The notes under the pieces were generated by a model. The model made no database searches and had not been told where the DNA came from. It was given only the letters and a program-made list of their open reading frames with translations. A stretch of 64,000 nt of DNA from Bacillota bacterium (GTDB taxonomy: Bacteria; Bacillota; Limnochordia; DTU080). Positions 18,017 through 28,109 of the stretch are shown here, piece after piece. Where the stretch lies: contig DULU01000091.1 of assembly GCA_012840225.1 (NCBI GenBank), forward strand, positions 1,408 through 65,407, given 5' to 3'. Each line of letters begins with the position of its first letter. Positions within the stretch are counted from its first letter, which is position 1. A program made the translations under genes and the position numbers.

Positions 18017-19207
18017 TCACCAACTTCTTTTTATATAATCCGCCGGGCTTCTTTCCACGGAGAGGCGAAGGGCGGCATAGACCATCGCCGCCAAGCCCAG
18101 CACACCGGACATGAGGAATATAATCGCCAGGCCGGCCGCACTGCCGACAGCTCCGGATATAGCCGGTCCGGCGAACATGCCGATGGCATATAAAGACTGG
18201 AAGAACCCCATGGCGGTAGCCCGGCGCTCCTCCGGGGCATTTTTTATGGCCAGGCCCATGAGGATGGGGAATATGACTCCCCGGCTCAGGCCGCCGACCG
18301 CCTGGGTGATATAGAGAGCATTCATGGTGGGGCAGAGCGGGATGAGAAAGGTAGCCAGGGAAGTGACGGCAAAGCCGAGAACCACCGCTTTTGCCTCTCC
18401 CAGTCTTACCGCCAGCCAGCCGCCGCTGAAATAGGAAGCCACTGCTGCCGGTAAAGAGGCGGCGACCATTAGGTAGCCCAGTTCCGCCTTCCCGGCACCC
18501 AAGGTGACGGCGAAGTTCGTGGTGAAGCCATAGGTGGTGGAAAACATGATGAACTGGTAGCAGGCGCCGAGGAGGCAAATGGCGAGAAAAGAGGGCTCCG
18601 TGGCGGCCAGGAGGATTTCCCTGCCGTTCAGGCCGGCCTTTTTCTGCCCCTTTTCCTTGACGAATAAGGAGAGGAGGAATCCCGCCACTCCCAGGAGGGC
18701 CGCGCCGAGGAAGGGGCCGTGCCAGCCGGTTTTCTCAGCGACCAACCCACCGGCCAGCATGGCTCCCAGTTGGCTCGCCGTCATCACCATGGTGATCAAC
18801 CCCATGGCATAAGCTGTGCGCCGGCGGGGGAAATAGCTGGAAAAAAGCACGGAGATGGGCACCCACATGGAAGCGGAGACGCCCGCCAGACCCCTGGAAA
18901 AAAGGAGGCCGGCCGGTCCGCCGGCCAGGTAGAGACCGACTCCGGCTGCTCCTGCCGTGAGCATCCCGGCCAGGAGAAAGGGTCGGCGGCGGCCGAGGCG
19001 GTCCGACCAGATGCCGATGGGGATGCGCAGCAAAAACTGGAGCAGGCCATATGAGGCCACTACCAGGCCAGCTATGGTTAACGAACCGCCGAGTTGCTCC
19101 GCATATGGCGAAAGGATCGGCACATAAAGATAGAGGGCGCTCCAGTAAAGGATATTGGCGGCGAGAAAAAGAGCGATGTGGCCGGGGGAAGCGGCGTCTG
19201 TGCTCAT
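18017..19207 (-). CDS. MFS transporter
   Basis: About 12 TM segments and the motif GIWSDRLGRRRP (MFS motif A). The ATG at 19207 overlaps the stop of the upstream ATPase gene (ATGA). The longer ORF to 19318 is rejected. Confidence 0.85.
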   Translation of the reverse strand: MSTDAASPGHIALFLAANILYWSALYLYVPILSPYAEQLGGSLTIAGLVVASYGLLQFLLRIPIGIWSDRLGRRRPFLLAGMLTAGAAGVGLYLAGGPAGLLFSRGLAGVSASMWVPISVLFSSYFPRRRTAYAMGLITMVMTASQLGAMLAGGLVAEKTGWHGPFLGAALLGVAGFLLSLFVKEKGQKKAGLNGREILLAATEPSFLAICLLGACYQFIMFSTTYGFTTNFAVTLGAGKAELGYLMVAASLPAAVASYFSGGWLAVRLGEAKAVVLGFAVTSLATFLIPLCPTMNALYITQAVGGLSRGVIFPILMGLAIKNAPEERRATAMGFFQSLYAIGMFAGPAISGAVGSAAGLAIIFLMSGVLGLAAMVYAALRLSVERSPADYIKRSW

Positions 19208-20609
19208 CTCGGCACCTCCGTTTCCCCGACCTGTCCCAGTTCGGCCAACTCGGCCCGCAGATCGTCGATAAACTGCCTGGCGGCGCGGGGGGTCCGGCCG
19301 TTGTGCCATAAAGCCCATTGCAGCGCCCGCTCCCGCAACCGCTCCTCCGCCAGGTTGAGATGGAACCTGGCGGCCATCTGCCGGACGATGGTCAAAAATT
19401 CTTCCTGGTCCGGCGTGGGGAAGATCACCGTGCGGGCAAACCTGTCGGAGAGCGACAATTTCTCATGCACTGTATCGGCAGGGCGCATATCTTCCTCCGA
19501 GAGCCGCCGCGCTCCGCCGGTGGTCTCCGCTCCGCTCCGGTCGGAGGCCAGTTCCCTGATGAGATGCCGCCGGTTTGAGGTGGCGTATACCAAAACATTT
19601 GCCGGTCTCGCCGCCAGACTCCCTTCAAGAGCGGCTTTCAGGGGTTTGTAGCCGGTGTCGCCGGCTTCGAAAGACAAATCGTCGATAAAAAGCAGGAATT
19701 TATGTCCCCGCTCGGAGAGAAGACTGAATACCTGCCAGATGTCGCTCAAGTGGCGATCTGGCAACTCCACGAGACGCAACCCCGCTGCGGCATAGCGCCA
19801 GAGCAAAGCTTTGACTGTAGCAGATTTGCCTGTGCCTCTGTCGCCATAGAGGAGAATGTTGTCGGCAGGCAGTCCGGAGAGGAAACGCTCCGTATTTTTC
19901 AGCACCACCTGTCTTTCCGCTTCATAGCTATGCAGGTGCTCAAGCCTGATGGGATCAGGCTGCGGGATGCCCAGCAAGTGGCCGTCCTGCCAGCGAAAAG
20001 CGGCATAGGCAGCCATGCGGCCGGAGCCCCAGCGTTGATGAAAAGCGGCCAGGATGGCCGCGAGGCGTCCGTCACGCCAGGCGGCAGCCTGAGCGGCGGT
20101 GGTCACCACCTCGGCAAAGAGAGGGTCGGCGGCGCAAAGCCTTTCTTCTTCCCATGGTTTCACGGCAGGCATAAGAGCCGGCTCCGCCGGTTCCAGGGAG
20201 GTGAAATCCAGTAGATACCAGTCGGCCAGAATATGCAGATCATGGGCGACCGCCGGGAAAAGCTCTGCCGCTGCCGCCTTCCTTTCGCAAGCCAGAGTGA
20301 AGGGATTCTCATCGAAGAGAATAAGGTGCAAAAGGAGCTTTTGCCAGGCCTGGCCCGGCAGGCCGGCCGTCACCTTGGCGGAGGCCAGCTCATGGAGGAA
20401 GGCGGTATAAAGACCAGCGGCCGATGGCGCCTTACCGGCCTGAGTATCGCCGCCCTGAGTCTCACCGGCCTGAGACTCGCCGGCTTTCTCCAGGCAGGTG
20501 CGTAACAGCCTGAAAGCGGGATGTGAAGCTATCGCCCGGTAGAAGACCAGGGTATCCGTTCTGTCCATGATGTTTGCCGGGGCGATTTTCGAGGGCAACT
20601 GCTGCATAT
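19204..20609 (-). CDS. DUF815-family AAA-type ATP-binding protein with a long N-terminal extension
   Basis: Walker A LLYGDRGTGKSATVKAL and Walker B FLLFIDDLSF. RBS GGAGG lies 8 nt before the ATG at 20609 (MQQLPSK...). Confidence 0.8.
20437..20481. repeat. 3 x 15-bp imperfect tandem repeat inside the DUF815 gene
   Basis: The units are ggcctgagtatcgcc / gccctgagtctcacc / ggcctgagactcgcc. On the minus strand they encode GESQA-GETQG-GDTQA. Confidence 0.85.
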
Positions 20610-20785
20610 ATGGTACCTCCATCTCCAAAACCTTCGTAACCTTCGACAAGCGCCAGGTGGCTCCTCTCCCTCTTGTTATTAAATAGCGTGAATCTCGGTA
20701 GAGGGAAGGAAAATATTGGATTGACACGAAGTAGTGCTTAACCTATCCAGTATCGGCAGGCTGGCGTCACTAGGAGGTTTTAACC

Positions 20786-21790
20786 ATGGCTGGTGAGTTA
20801 ACCCGTAAGGAAATCAATCAGACACCGATCGCATTGCGCAACGCCTTGTCTTTTGCCAAGCCGCTCCCCACCCTCAACAAAGGTGGCGAGCATTTGTTCG
20901 TCAGCTCCGGCATTTTGCTTTATATTGCCGATGCCATGGCCCGTATGGCCGATATGTTCGGCATCAGAGCCAGGGCCTTACCGGCACAGGATCTGTTTCT
21001 TTACCGGAAAAGCCTATATCCGGCGCCGCGGGCCATCGTGATGCTCTCCCGCACCGGCGAAGTTTCGGAAAACATCAAGGCTATCCAGGCTGCCCGCCAG
21101 GATAATGTGGCCGATTTTTACACCGGCATCATCGGGGAAGCCGGTGGTCCGCTGGTGCAGTTGTTGGATCAGGCTGTGGAATGCCGGATATATGAGGTGA
21201 GTGTCGCCACCACCAGCACGTTGAACGCCGTTTTGACCGCCTGCACGGCGAGCCTCTTGTTCTCGGCCGGGAAATCGCTGGATGTAGCCGATTTGCACAG
21301 CATTCCCGGCATGGCGGCGCCGCTGGTGGCCAGGCTGGATCAGGAAGCTCGCGTTTTAGTCTCCCTGGGTTGCAAACAGGTGATGATCCTGGGTACCGGG
21401 CCGCTCTATGGATTGGCCAAAGCGGCTGCTTTGTCCATCTTTGAAATGTCGCAGGTGCCGGCGGTGGGGCTGCATACCATGGTGTTTCGCCATGGGCACA
21501 AGGTAGCCGTCGACCAGGACACCTTGATGATCTTCTTCCTTTCCGACAGCGGCATGCAGGAGGAGATGGCGGTGTTGGAGGAAGTGCAGGCTATGGGAGC
21601 CCGCACCGCCGTGGTGGGGGAAGGCGTCTCCAAAATCAAGTATTGCTTCGTCTCCGAGTTGGGCAGCGGCGTCAAGGAGACGGTGCGCTTGCCGCTATAC
21701 ATGATCTTTGCCCAGTTGGTGGGCTATCACCTGGCCTTATTGGTCGGCCGCAATCCCGATGCTCCGCCTCGTTTGCTGAAAGTATTTTGA
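20786..21790 (+). CDS. SIS-domain sugar isomerase/deaminase-like protein (AgaS/FrlB-like, two SIS domains)
   Basis: RBS AGGAGG lies 8 nt before the ATG. It is 334 aa, with the two-SIS layout typical of the GlmS C-terminal-like family (LSRTGEVSE..., ILGTGPLYGLAKAAALSIFE). Confidence 0.75.
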   Translation: MAGELTRKEINQTPIALRNALSFAKPLPTLNKGGEHLFVSSGILLYIADAMARMADMFGIRARALPAQDLFLYRKSLYPAPRAIVMLSRTGEVSENIKAIQAARQDNVADFYTGIIGEAGGPLVQLLDQAVECRIYEVSVATTSTLNAVLTACTASLLFSAGKSLDVADLHSIPGMAAPLVARLDQEARVLVSLGCKQVMILGTGPLYGLAKAAALSIFEMSQVPAVGLHTMVFRHGHKVAVDQDTLMIFFLSDSGMQEEMAVLEEVQAMGARTAVVGEGVSKIKYCFVSELGSGVKETVRLPLYMIFAQLVGYHLALLVGRNPDAPPRLLKVF

Positions 21791-21809
21791 GAAAGCCGGG
21801 CTCTCTACG

Positions 21810-22742
21810 ATGGGCGCTTGGGCCGGGAAGCTGTCTTCCCTCATATCTTTCCTTTCCCACCGTCCGGCGAGACGGGTCTTAATCATCTCCGCTCTTCTGA
21901 TCGCTTATTTCTGCCGGGGGCTGGTCCCCATGCCGGGGGTGGAACCGGCCGATGGAAATTTGTTGGCCGGGGGAGATCTCCTGTCCGGAGAAGCCCTGCC
22001 GCCCGACCGGGTGGCTCAGGCTGTTAAGGCCAAAGCGGCATGGCCGAAAACGCAAGGCCAAGGCATCAGGATCGCCGTGGTCGCCATGCCCGGCTTTCTC
22101 GCCGGAGATGTGGGATTGCTTCTGGAAGTAGCGCCGCGGGCCGAGGTGGTGGTGCTGGAAGGTCCCTGGTCTGACGCTGCCGCCATGAGCGCGGCTATCT
22201 TGGGCACCTATGCCAGGGTGGCGGTGCTGCCGGATCCCTACCTTTTCCCTCAATTATTGCTGGAGCAAACCATAGCGGCATTGCTCGGGAAAGACGTGGC
22301 GGTTTTTGTGGCGGTGGCGGCAGAAGATGAGGCCCCGGCGGTGCGCCGGCTGGAGAGGCTGGGAGCGATCACCGTGGGGCGCTTGACTGCCACAGGCCTG
22401 GTTCCGCCGGCCGACGGCCACGGTCGGCGCCGGCGGGATCTGCCTCGCCCTGTCGTCTATGCCTTCGATGGATACCGCCCAGGAGGTCAGGCTTTGGTGG
22501 CGGCGGCGGCCGCCGCCCTGTTGCTCGCCACCAATCCCGCCCTGAAACCTGCCGACATCAAAAGGCGTCTGCTCTCGGCCTCCCCCAGGCGCTGGCAGGT
22601 CGAGCATCCGGCGGGATGGCGGGCACATACCTGGCGCTCGTGGGGAACAGGCGGGCGGCTCTATCCTTGCTGGACTTATTTTCAGCTTCCTTTCACCTAT
22701 CGCCTTCTCGATGTCTCTGCTCTCCTGGATCCGGTCCGGTGA
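21810..22742 (+). CDS. membrane-anchored subtilase-fold protein lacking the catalytic triad (pseudo-peptidase S8)
   Basis: The N-terminal TM segment is VLIISALLIAYF. Several segments are colinear with subtilisin blocks, but catalytic residues are substituted: GIRIAVVAMPGF (subtilisin VKVAVIDSGI), VAVFVAVAAEDE (VVVVAAAGNEG) and GGQALVAAAAAALLLATNPALKPADIKRRL (GTSMASPHVAGAAALILS...). The RBS is weak. Confidence 0.55.
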   Translation: MGAWAGKLSSLISFLSHRPARRVLIISALLIAYFCRGLVPMPGVEPADGNLLAGGDLLSGEALPPDRVAQAVKAKAAWPKTQGQGIRIAVVAMPGFLAGDVGLLLEVAPRAEVVVLEGPWSDAAAMSAAILGTYARVAVLPDPYLFPQLLLEQTIAALLGKDVAVFVAVAAEDEAPAVRRLERLGAITVGRLTATGLVPPADGHGRRRRDLPRPVVYAFDGYRPGGQALVAAAAAALLLATNPALKPADIKRRLLSASPRRWQVEHPAGWRAHTWRSWGTGGRLYPCWTYFQLPFTYRLLDVSALLDPVR

Positions 22743-22818
22743 CGGGGCACGAGCAGGAATGTGGTCGGCGGCTGCGAACCAAGTAACTTATACCAAAACA
22801 ATAAGGGGTGACCGGCAC

Positions 22819-23481
22819 ATGGCCGTTTCTTCCGCAGTACCCTTGGAGTTTAAAATGCTGGTGCTCCAGTGCAATCTGGGGCTGCCTCGTCACCACTTGG
22901 TCACCATGACGAGCGGTAATGTCAGCGGGCGCCACCCCGAGACGGGGCTCGTGGTGATCAAGCCGAGCGGGGTCGATTACGACAAAATGCAGGTAGCCGA
23001 CCTGGCGGTAGTGGATCCGGAAGGCCGGCAGGTGGAAGGCCGGCTGAAACCGTCGGTGGATACGGCGACCCACCTATACATATATAAACACCGTCCTGAT
23101 GTGCACGGTATTGTGCACACTCATTCGCCGTATGCCACCAGCTTCGCCGCTTTAGGGCGGCCGATACCGCTGGTCCTGACGGCGATAGCCGACGAGTTCG
23201 GCGGGCCTATTCCCTGCGCCCCCTATGCCCCTGTTGGCGGCGAAGAGATCGGCCGGAGCGTGGTGGAGCATATCGGCGCCTCCCCGGCGGTGCTGCTGCA
23301 AAACCATGGTGTCTTTACCGTGGGTCCCGATCCGCAGGCGGCGCTGAAAGCAGCCGTGATGGTCGAAGATGTGGCCAAAACGGTGCATCTAGCCCTGCTT
23401 TTGGGTGAACCGCTCCCGATTCCGGCGGCAGAAGCCGCCCGGGCTCACCGGCGCTACCAGGAAAAATACGGCCAGCGCTGA
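22819..23481 (+). CDS. araD: L-ribulose-5-phosphate 4-epimerase
   Basis: SGNVSGR..., VIKPSGVDYD, HTHSPYAT and LLQNHG are class II aldolase/AraD motifs. RBS AAGGGGTG lies 8 nt before the ATG at 22819. The upstream extension from 22711 is rejected. Confidence 0.9.
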   Translation: MAVSSAVPLEFKMLVLQCNLGLPRHHLVTMTSGNVSGRHPETGLVVIKPSGVDYDKMQVADLAVVDPEGRQVEGRLKPSVDTATHLYIYKHRPDVHGIVHTHSPYATSFAALGRPIPLVLTAIADEFGGPIPCAPYAPVGGEEIGRSVVEHIGASPAVLLQNHGVFTVGPDPQAALKAAVMVEDVAKTVHLALLLGEPLPIPAAEAARAHRRYQEKYGQR

Positions 23482-23524
23482 AACCGGTGGCCAAAATCAA
23501 GTTATTTAGGCGAGGAGGAATCCT

Positions 23525-25204
23525 GTGGCCGATAAGTATGTCATAGGTATAGACTTCGGTACCGAATCCGGCCGGGCCGTGCTGGTGAGGGTGGCCGACG
23601 GTGAGGAAATCGCCTCGGCGGTATATAAATATGAAAACGGGGTGATCGACGAGCGGCTGCCTTTTGGCGGGCCGCCTCTGCCGCCGGACTTTGCCCTGCA
23701 GGACCCGGATGATTATATCAGGACCATCGAGCATACCATTCCCACCGTCTTAAGTGCCGCCGGTGCGGAGATAAGCAAAAATGTCGTCGGCATCGGCATA
23801 GATTTCACTGCCTGTACCATGCTGCCGGTCCGGGCCGGCGAGGGCCTTCCTCTGTGCCGGGAGGAGAAATTCCGCCGCCAACCTCATGCCTGGGTGAAAC
23901 TGTGGAAGCACCATGCGGCGCAGGGCGAGGCCAATGCTTTGAATGAGGTGGCCGCCAGGAGAGGCGAGGCGTTTTTGCCCAGATATGGCGGGAAAATTTC
24001 GTCGGAATGGTTTTTCCCCAAAGTGTGGGAAACCCTGAAACAGGCGCCGGAGGTCTATGAGGCTGCCGACCGCTTTATTGAGGCAGCGGATTGGGTGGTC
24101 TGGCAACTGACCGGAGTGGAAACCCGCAATGCCTGTACGGCCGGGTATAAAGCCATCTGGTCCAAAAGAGAAGGCTTCCCGTCAGCCGACTTCTTTGCCG
24201 CCCTGAACCCGCGGCTCCGCCGGGTGGTGGATGAGAAAATGTCCCGCACCATACTGCCGGCGGGCACTTGCGCCGGCGGGCTGACACCTGCCTGGGCGGA
24301 AAAGCTCGGCCTCTTGCCGGGGATCGCCGTAGCCGTGGCCAATGTGGATGCCCATGTGGCCGTGCCGGCCTGCACGGTGGTCTCGCCGGGCAAGATGGTC
24401 ATGGTGATGGGTACTTCCATCTGTCATATGGTGTTGGGCAATGAAGAGAGATTTGTGCCCGGCATGTGCGGGGTGGTGGAAGACGGCATTTTGCCGGGCT
24501 ATTTCGGCTATGAAGCCGGGCAGTCGGCCGTGGGCGACATTTTCGCCTGGTTTGTGGAGAATGGCGTGCCCGCCCGCTATGCCGAGGAAGCGGAGGCCAG
24601 AGGTCTCTCGCTGTATAGCTTGATGGAGGAGAAAGCCGCCGGCCTCAAACCCGGCGAGAGCGGGCTTTTGGCTCTCGACTGGTGGAACGGCAATCGCTCC
24701 ATACTGGTCGATGCCGATCTGTCCGGTTTGATCATCGGCTACCACCTGCAGACGACAGCCGGGGAATTATACAGAACCTTGCTGGAAGCAACGGCTTTCG
24801 GCACGCAGACCATCATCAGTGCCTTCGTCGAGCATGGCGTGCCGGTGGAGGAATTATATGCCTGCGGCGGGCTCCCCGAAAAAAGTCCACTCTTGATGCA
24901 GATCTTCGCCGATGTCACCGGCAAGCCCATCAAGGTGGCCGCCTCGGCGCAAACTCCGGCTCTCGGTTCGGCCATGTTCGCCGCCGTGGCCGCCGGTCCC
25001 GAGCGCGGCGGTCATCGCTCCATCATAGAGGCCGCCCAGGCCATGGCCAGGTTGAAAGATCGGGTTTACCGTCCCAATCCGGAAGCTCATGCCGTCTATA
25101 AAGAGCTTTATGCCGAATATGTCAGGCTGCATGATTATTTCGGCCGGGATCAAGGGAGTGTCATGAAGAGACTCAGGCGCATCAAAGGAGGTAAAGGCAA
25201 GTGA
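23525..25204 (+). CDS. araB: ribulokinase
   Basis: FGGY-kinase N-terminus [15 protein letters not shown], ~559 aa, adjacent to araD. RBS GGAGG lies 6 nt before the GTG. Confidence 0.9.
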   Translation: MADKYVIGIDFGTESGRAVLVRVADGEEIASAVYKYENGVIDERLPFGGPPLPPDFALQDPDDYIRTIEHTIPTVLSAAGAEISKNVVGIGIDFTACTMLPVRAGEGLPLCREEKFRRQPHAWVKLWKHHAAQGEANALNEVAARRGEAFLPRYGGKISSEWFFPKVWETLKQAPEVYEAADRFIEAADWVVWQLTGVETRNACTAGYKAIWSKREGFPSADFFAALNPRLRRVVDEKMSRTILPAGTCAGGLTPAWAEKLGLLPGIAVAVANVDAHVAVPACTVVSPGKMVMVMGTSICHMVLGNEERFVPGMCGVVEDGILPGYFGYEAGQSAVGDIFAWFVENGVPARYAEEAEARGLSLYSLMEEKAAGLKPGESGLLALDWWNGNRSILVDADLSGLIIGYHLQTTAGELYRTLLEATAFGTQTIISAFVEHGVPVEELYACGGLPEKSPLLMQIFADVTGKPIKVAASAQTPALGSAMFAAVAAGPERGGHRSIIEAAQAMARLKDRVYRPNPEAHAVYKELYAEYVRLHDYFGRDQGSVMKRLRRIKGGKGK

Positions 25205-26607
25205 AGAAAGCTGTTTTAGGCGTGATTATCGGTAAACGAGGGTTTTTCCCGGATCACTTGTGCCACACGGGGCGCAATGAAGTGCTGGCGACGCTGGAGG
25301 AGTGTGGGGTGGAACCGGTAATCCTGCCGACGGAGGAGAGCAAGGCCGGCACCGTCCAGACTTTGGCTGATGCCAGGCGGTGCGCTGCTCTCTTTAAATC
25401 CAGAGAGGCGGATATCAGCGGGGTACTGGTCACCCTGCCCAATTTCGGGGAAGAGAAGGCCATTGCGGATGCGCTGCGCCTGGCGGGTCTGAACGTTCCG
25501 GTGCTGATCCACGCTTTTCCCGACGATATGGCCAAGATGGGGGTGGAAAACCGCCGGGACAGCTTTTGCGGGAAAATTTCTCTCTGCAATAACCTGAAGC
25601 AATACGGCCTTAAATTCAGCCTGCCCAGCTTGCACACCCAGGCTCCGGGAGGAGCGTCGTTTAAAGAGGATTTATTGTGGTTCCTGGATGTGTGCCGGAC
25701 GGTGACCGGCCTGCGCCGGGCGAGGATCGGCGCTCTGGGAGCTCGCCCGGCAGCTTTCAATACCGTGCGCTACAGCGAAAAGCTGCTGGAGAAAAACGGC
25801 ATCAGCTGCGAGACCCTGGATCTGTCCGAAGCGTTCGGCATGGCCGGCGCCCTGAAAGACGACGATGCCGACGTCAGGGAGAAAGCGGCGCAGCTCAAGA
25901 GAAGCCTAAAAACCGACGGCATTCCTGAACAGGCCATCACCAAAATGGCCAAGCTGGGTGTGGTGGTGGACCGCTGGATAGAGCAGGCGGAGCTCTCGGC
26001 CATCGCTATCCAGTGCTGGACGGCCATGGAGGAATATTACGGCGTGGTGCCCTGTTCATTGATGAGCCTCTGGAGCGAGGGCTTGGTGCCCGCGGCGTGC
26101 GAAGTGGATGTGGCCGGGGCGGTGAGCATGCTGGCTTTGCAACTGGCTTCCGGACAGCCGGCAGCCCTTCTGGACTGGAACAACAATTACCACGACGATC
26201 CGGAAAAGGCAGTGCTCTTCCACTGCGGCAACTTGGCGCCGTCCTTCTTCCACCAGCCGGCCATGGGCCTGCAGAAGATCATAGCCGGCTCTGTCGGTGA
26301 TGAAAATGCCTACGGCACGGTGGAGGGCCGGATCAAGCCGGGACCTTTCACCTTCGCCCGCCTTTCCACCGCCGATGATACCGGGCAGATCAATGCCTAT
26401 ATCGGTGAAGGGGAGTTCACCGCCGACCCGCTGGAGACCTTCGGCAGCTGGGGCGTGGCGAAGATCCCCCGCCTGCAGGAGTTGCTGCAGTATATCTGCC
26501 GGAACGGCTTCGAGCACCATGTGGCCGTGGGCTTGCATCAAAAGAGCACCGTCCTCGCCGAGGCTTTCCGGAACTATCTCGGCTGGCAGGTATATGTCCA
26601 TAAATAA
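25201..26607 (+). CDS. L-fucose/L-arabinose isomerase family protein (FucI-like), sitting where araA would be
   Basis: The GTG overlaps the araB stop (GTGA), and RBS AAGGAGG lies 9 nt upstream. It is 468 aa with a FucI-like N-terminus ([13 protein letters not shown]...). Confidence 0.75.
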   Translation: MKKAVLGVIIGKRGFFPDHLCHTGRNEVLATLEECGVEPVILPTEESKAGTVQTLADARRCAALFKSREADISGVLVTLPNFGEEKAIADALRLAGLNVPVLIHAFPDDMAKMGVENRRDSFCGKISLCNNLKQYGLKFSLPSLHTQAPGGASFKEDLLWFLDVCRTVTGLRRARIGALGARPAAFNTVRYSEKLLEKNGISCETLDLSEAFGMAGALKDDDADVREKAAQLKRSLKTDGIPEQAITKMAKLGVVVDRWIEQAELSAIAIQCWTAMEEYYGVVPCSLMSLWSEGLVPAACEVDVAGAVSMLALQLASGQPAALLDWNNNYHDDPEKAVLFHCGNLAPSFFHQPAMGLQKIIAGSVGDENAYGTVEGRIKPGPFTFARLSTADDTGQINAYIGEGEFTADPLETFGSWGVAKIPRLQELLQYICRNGFEHHVAVGLHQKSTVLAEAFRNYLGWQVYVHK

Positions 26608-26627
26608 TTAAGGAGCATAAAAGATGA

Positions 26628-26657
26628 GCGGAGGAGCGAAATGGCTCGCTCCTCCGC
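26628..26657. terminator. 12-bp perfect hairpin between convergent genes (GCGGAGGAGCGA-aatggc-TCGCTCCTCCGC)
   Basis: Read directly. It lies between the isomerase stop (26607) and the sulfatase stop (26680). Confidence 0.6.
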
Positions 26658-26679
26658 CGTCGGTCCCGTCAAACGTCGG

Positions 26680-28092
26680 TCAGCGGGCATAAGCCGGCCG
26701 GCCGCGCCCTTTCACGCCTGCCCAGTAAATCTGCCCGGCTCCGGTGACCGGCTCTCTGACGCCGTCCACAGCCGGATCGACATGCTGCATGAACCAATCT
26801 TCCAGCCGCGCCTTCATCTCCGCCGCCACGGAGGCATAGCCGGCGTCGTCAATCAGATTGTGCCGTTCAGCGGGATCCTCGCTCAGGTGGTAGAGCTCAT
26901 GAGGCCCATATGGGTAGCGATGCACGTATTTCCATTCCTTGGTGCGCACCATGCGCACCGGGCCATATTCATCGCAGACGACGATATGCCCGTGGCCCTC
27001 CATTTTGTCCTCCGGCTCTCCTGACAGCAGGGGAGCGAAACTCCGCCCCGGCCTGGGCTCTTCCGACGAGGGATGATACGGCATGCCCGTATACTCCAGA
27101 ATGGTGGGGAAAACATCATAGCCGCTGACCAGGGCTTCGCAGAGAAGGCCGGCCGGAATGCGCCCGGGCTGGCTGACGATCGCCGGCACTTTAACGGAGT
27201 TGTCATACATGTTGAGCGGAAAGGTGCCGTTCCCCTTGCCCCAAAAACCGTGATGGCCGCAGTTGAAGCCGTTGTCGCTGGTGAAGAAGACCAGGGTGCT
27301 CTCCCGCAGGTGCAGCTCGTCCAGCTTATTCAGGAGCCGGCCGATATTCCTGTCCATGGCGGTGATGGCGGCAAAGTAACCCATCAGATTCGGGCGGGGA
27401 TTCTCCATCACTTTTTTCAGGGTGCCGGCAAAAGGATGAAGCGGTTCCTGGGGACAGGAGTCGAACGGACAATCTTTATACATAGCGACGATCTCCTGCG
27501 GGTGTTGCCCCACCCAGGGGCTGTGCGGGGCGGTGTAATGCACGGCGGCATAAAAGGGCCGCTCGTCCTCAAGGCAGGAGTCTATGAAGGTCAATGCGTC
27601 ATCGGTGATCAGATCGGTGATATAAGCTTCCTCCGTCACCAGGCGGCCGTCCCTGATCATAGGCGCCCCGTAATAGGGGCCCCCGCCTTTCTGGTGCACA
27701 TACCAGTGGCTGAAGCCTTTTTGCGGGCGGATGCTGTCGCCGAGGTGCCACTTGCCGGAGAGGCCCAAGCGGTAGCCGGCAGCGGCCAGATAGTCGGTAT
27801 AGGTTTCCTGCCCGGCGAGATACTCCAGAGCTCCTTCACCGGTGTTTCCTTCCCTCAGCCAATCGTGAATGCCGTGGCGGGAAGGCATGCGCCCGGTGAG
27901 GAGAGTAGCCCTGGCCGGCGAGCAGACGGGAGAGGCGCAGAAGAAGTTGGTGAAGCGCATGCCGCTTTGGGCCAGTTTATCCAGATGGGGGGTGTGGAGT
28001 TCCGGATTGCCGGCGCAGCCCAGCGCCCACGGCCCCTGGTCGTCGGACAGGATGAAGAGGATATTGGGCTTGTGGGGATTCCTGCTGGCCAT
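26680..28092 (-). CDS. Cys-type sulfatase (arylsulfatase family), no signal peptide
   Basis: NILFILSDDQG and CSPARATLLTGR (the C-x-P-x-R formylglycine motif). The N-terminus MASRNPHKPN has no hydrophobic leader. RBS AAGGGGG lies 9 nt before the ATG and starts right after the upstream stop. Confidence 0.9.
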   Translation of the reverse strand: MASRNPHKPNILFILSDDQGPWALGCAGNPELHTPHLDKLAQSGMRFTNFFCASPVCSPARATLLTGRMPSRHGIHDWLREGNTGEGALEYLAGQETYTDYLAAAGYRLGLSGKWHLGDSIRPQKGFSHWYVHQKGGGPYYGAPMIRDGRLVTEEAYITDLITDDALTFIDSCLEDERPFYAAVHYTAPHSPWVGQHPQEIVAMYKDCPFDSCPQEPLHPFAGTLKKVMENPRPNLMGYFAAITAMDRNIGRLLNKLDELHLRESTLVFFTSDNGFNCGHHGFWGKGNGTFPLNMYDNSVKVPAIVSQPGRIPAGLLCEALVSGYDVFPTILEYTGMPYHPSSEEPRPGRSFAPLLSGEPEDKMEGHGHIVVCDEYGPVRMVRTKEWKYVHRYPYGPHELYHLSEDPAERHNLIDDAGYASVAAEMKARLEDWFMQHVDPAVDGVREPVTGAGQIYWAGVKGRGRPAYAR

Positions 28093-28109
28093 GAAAATCG
28101 GCCCCCTTT

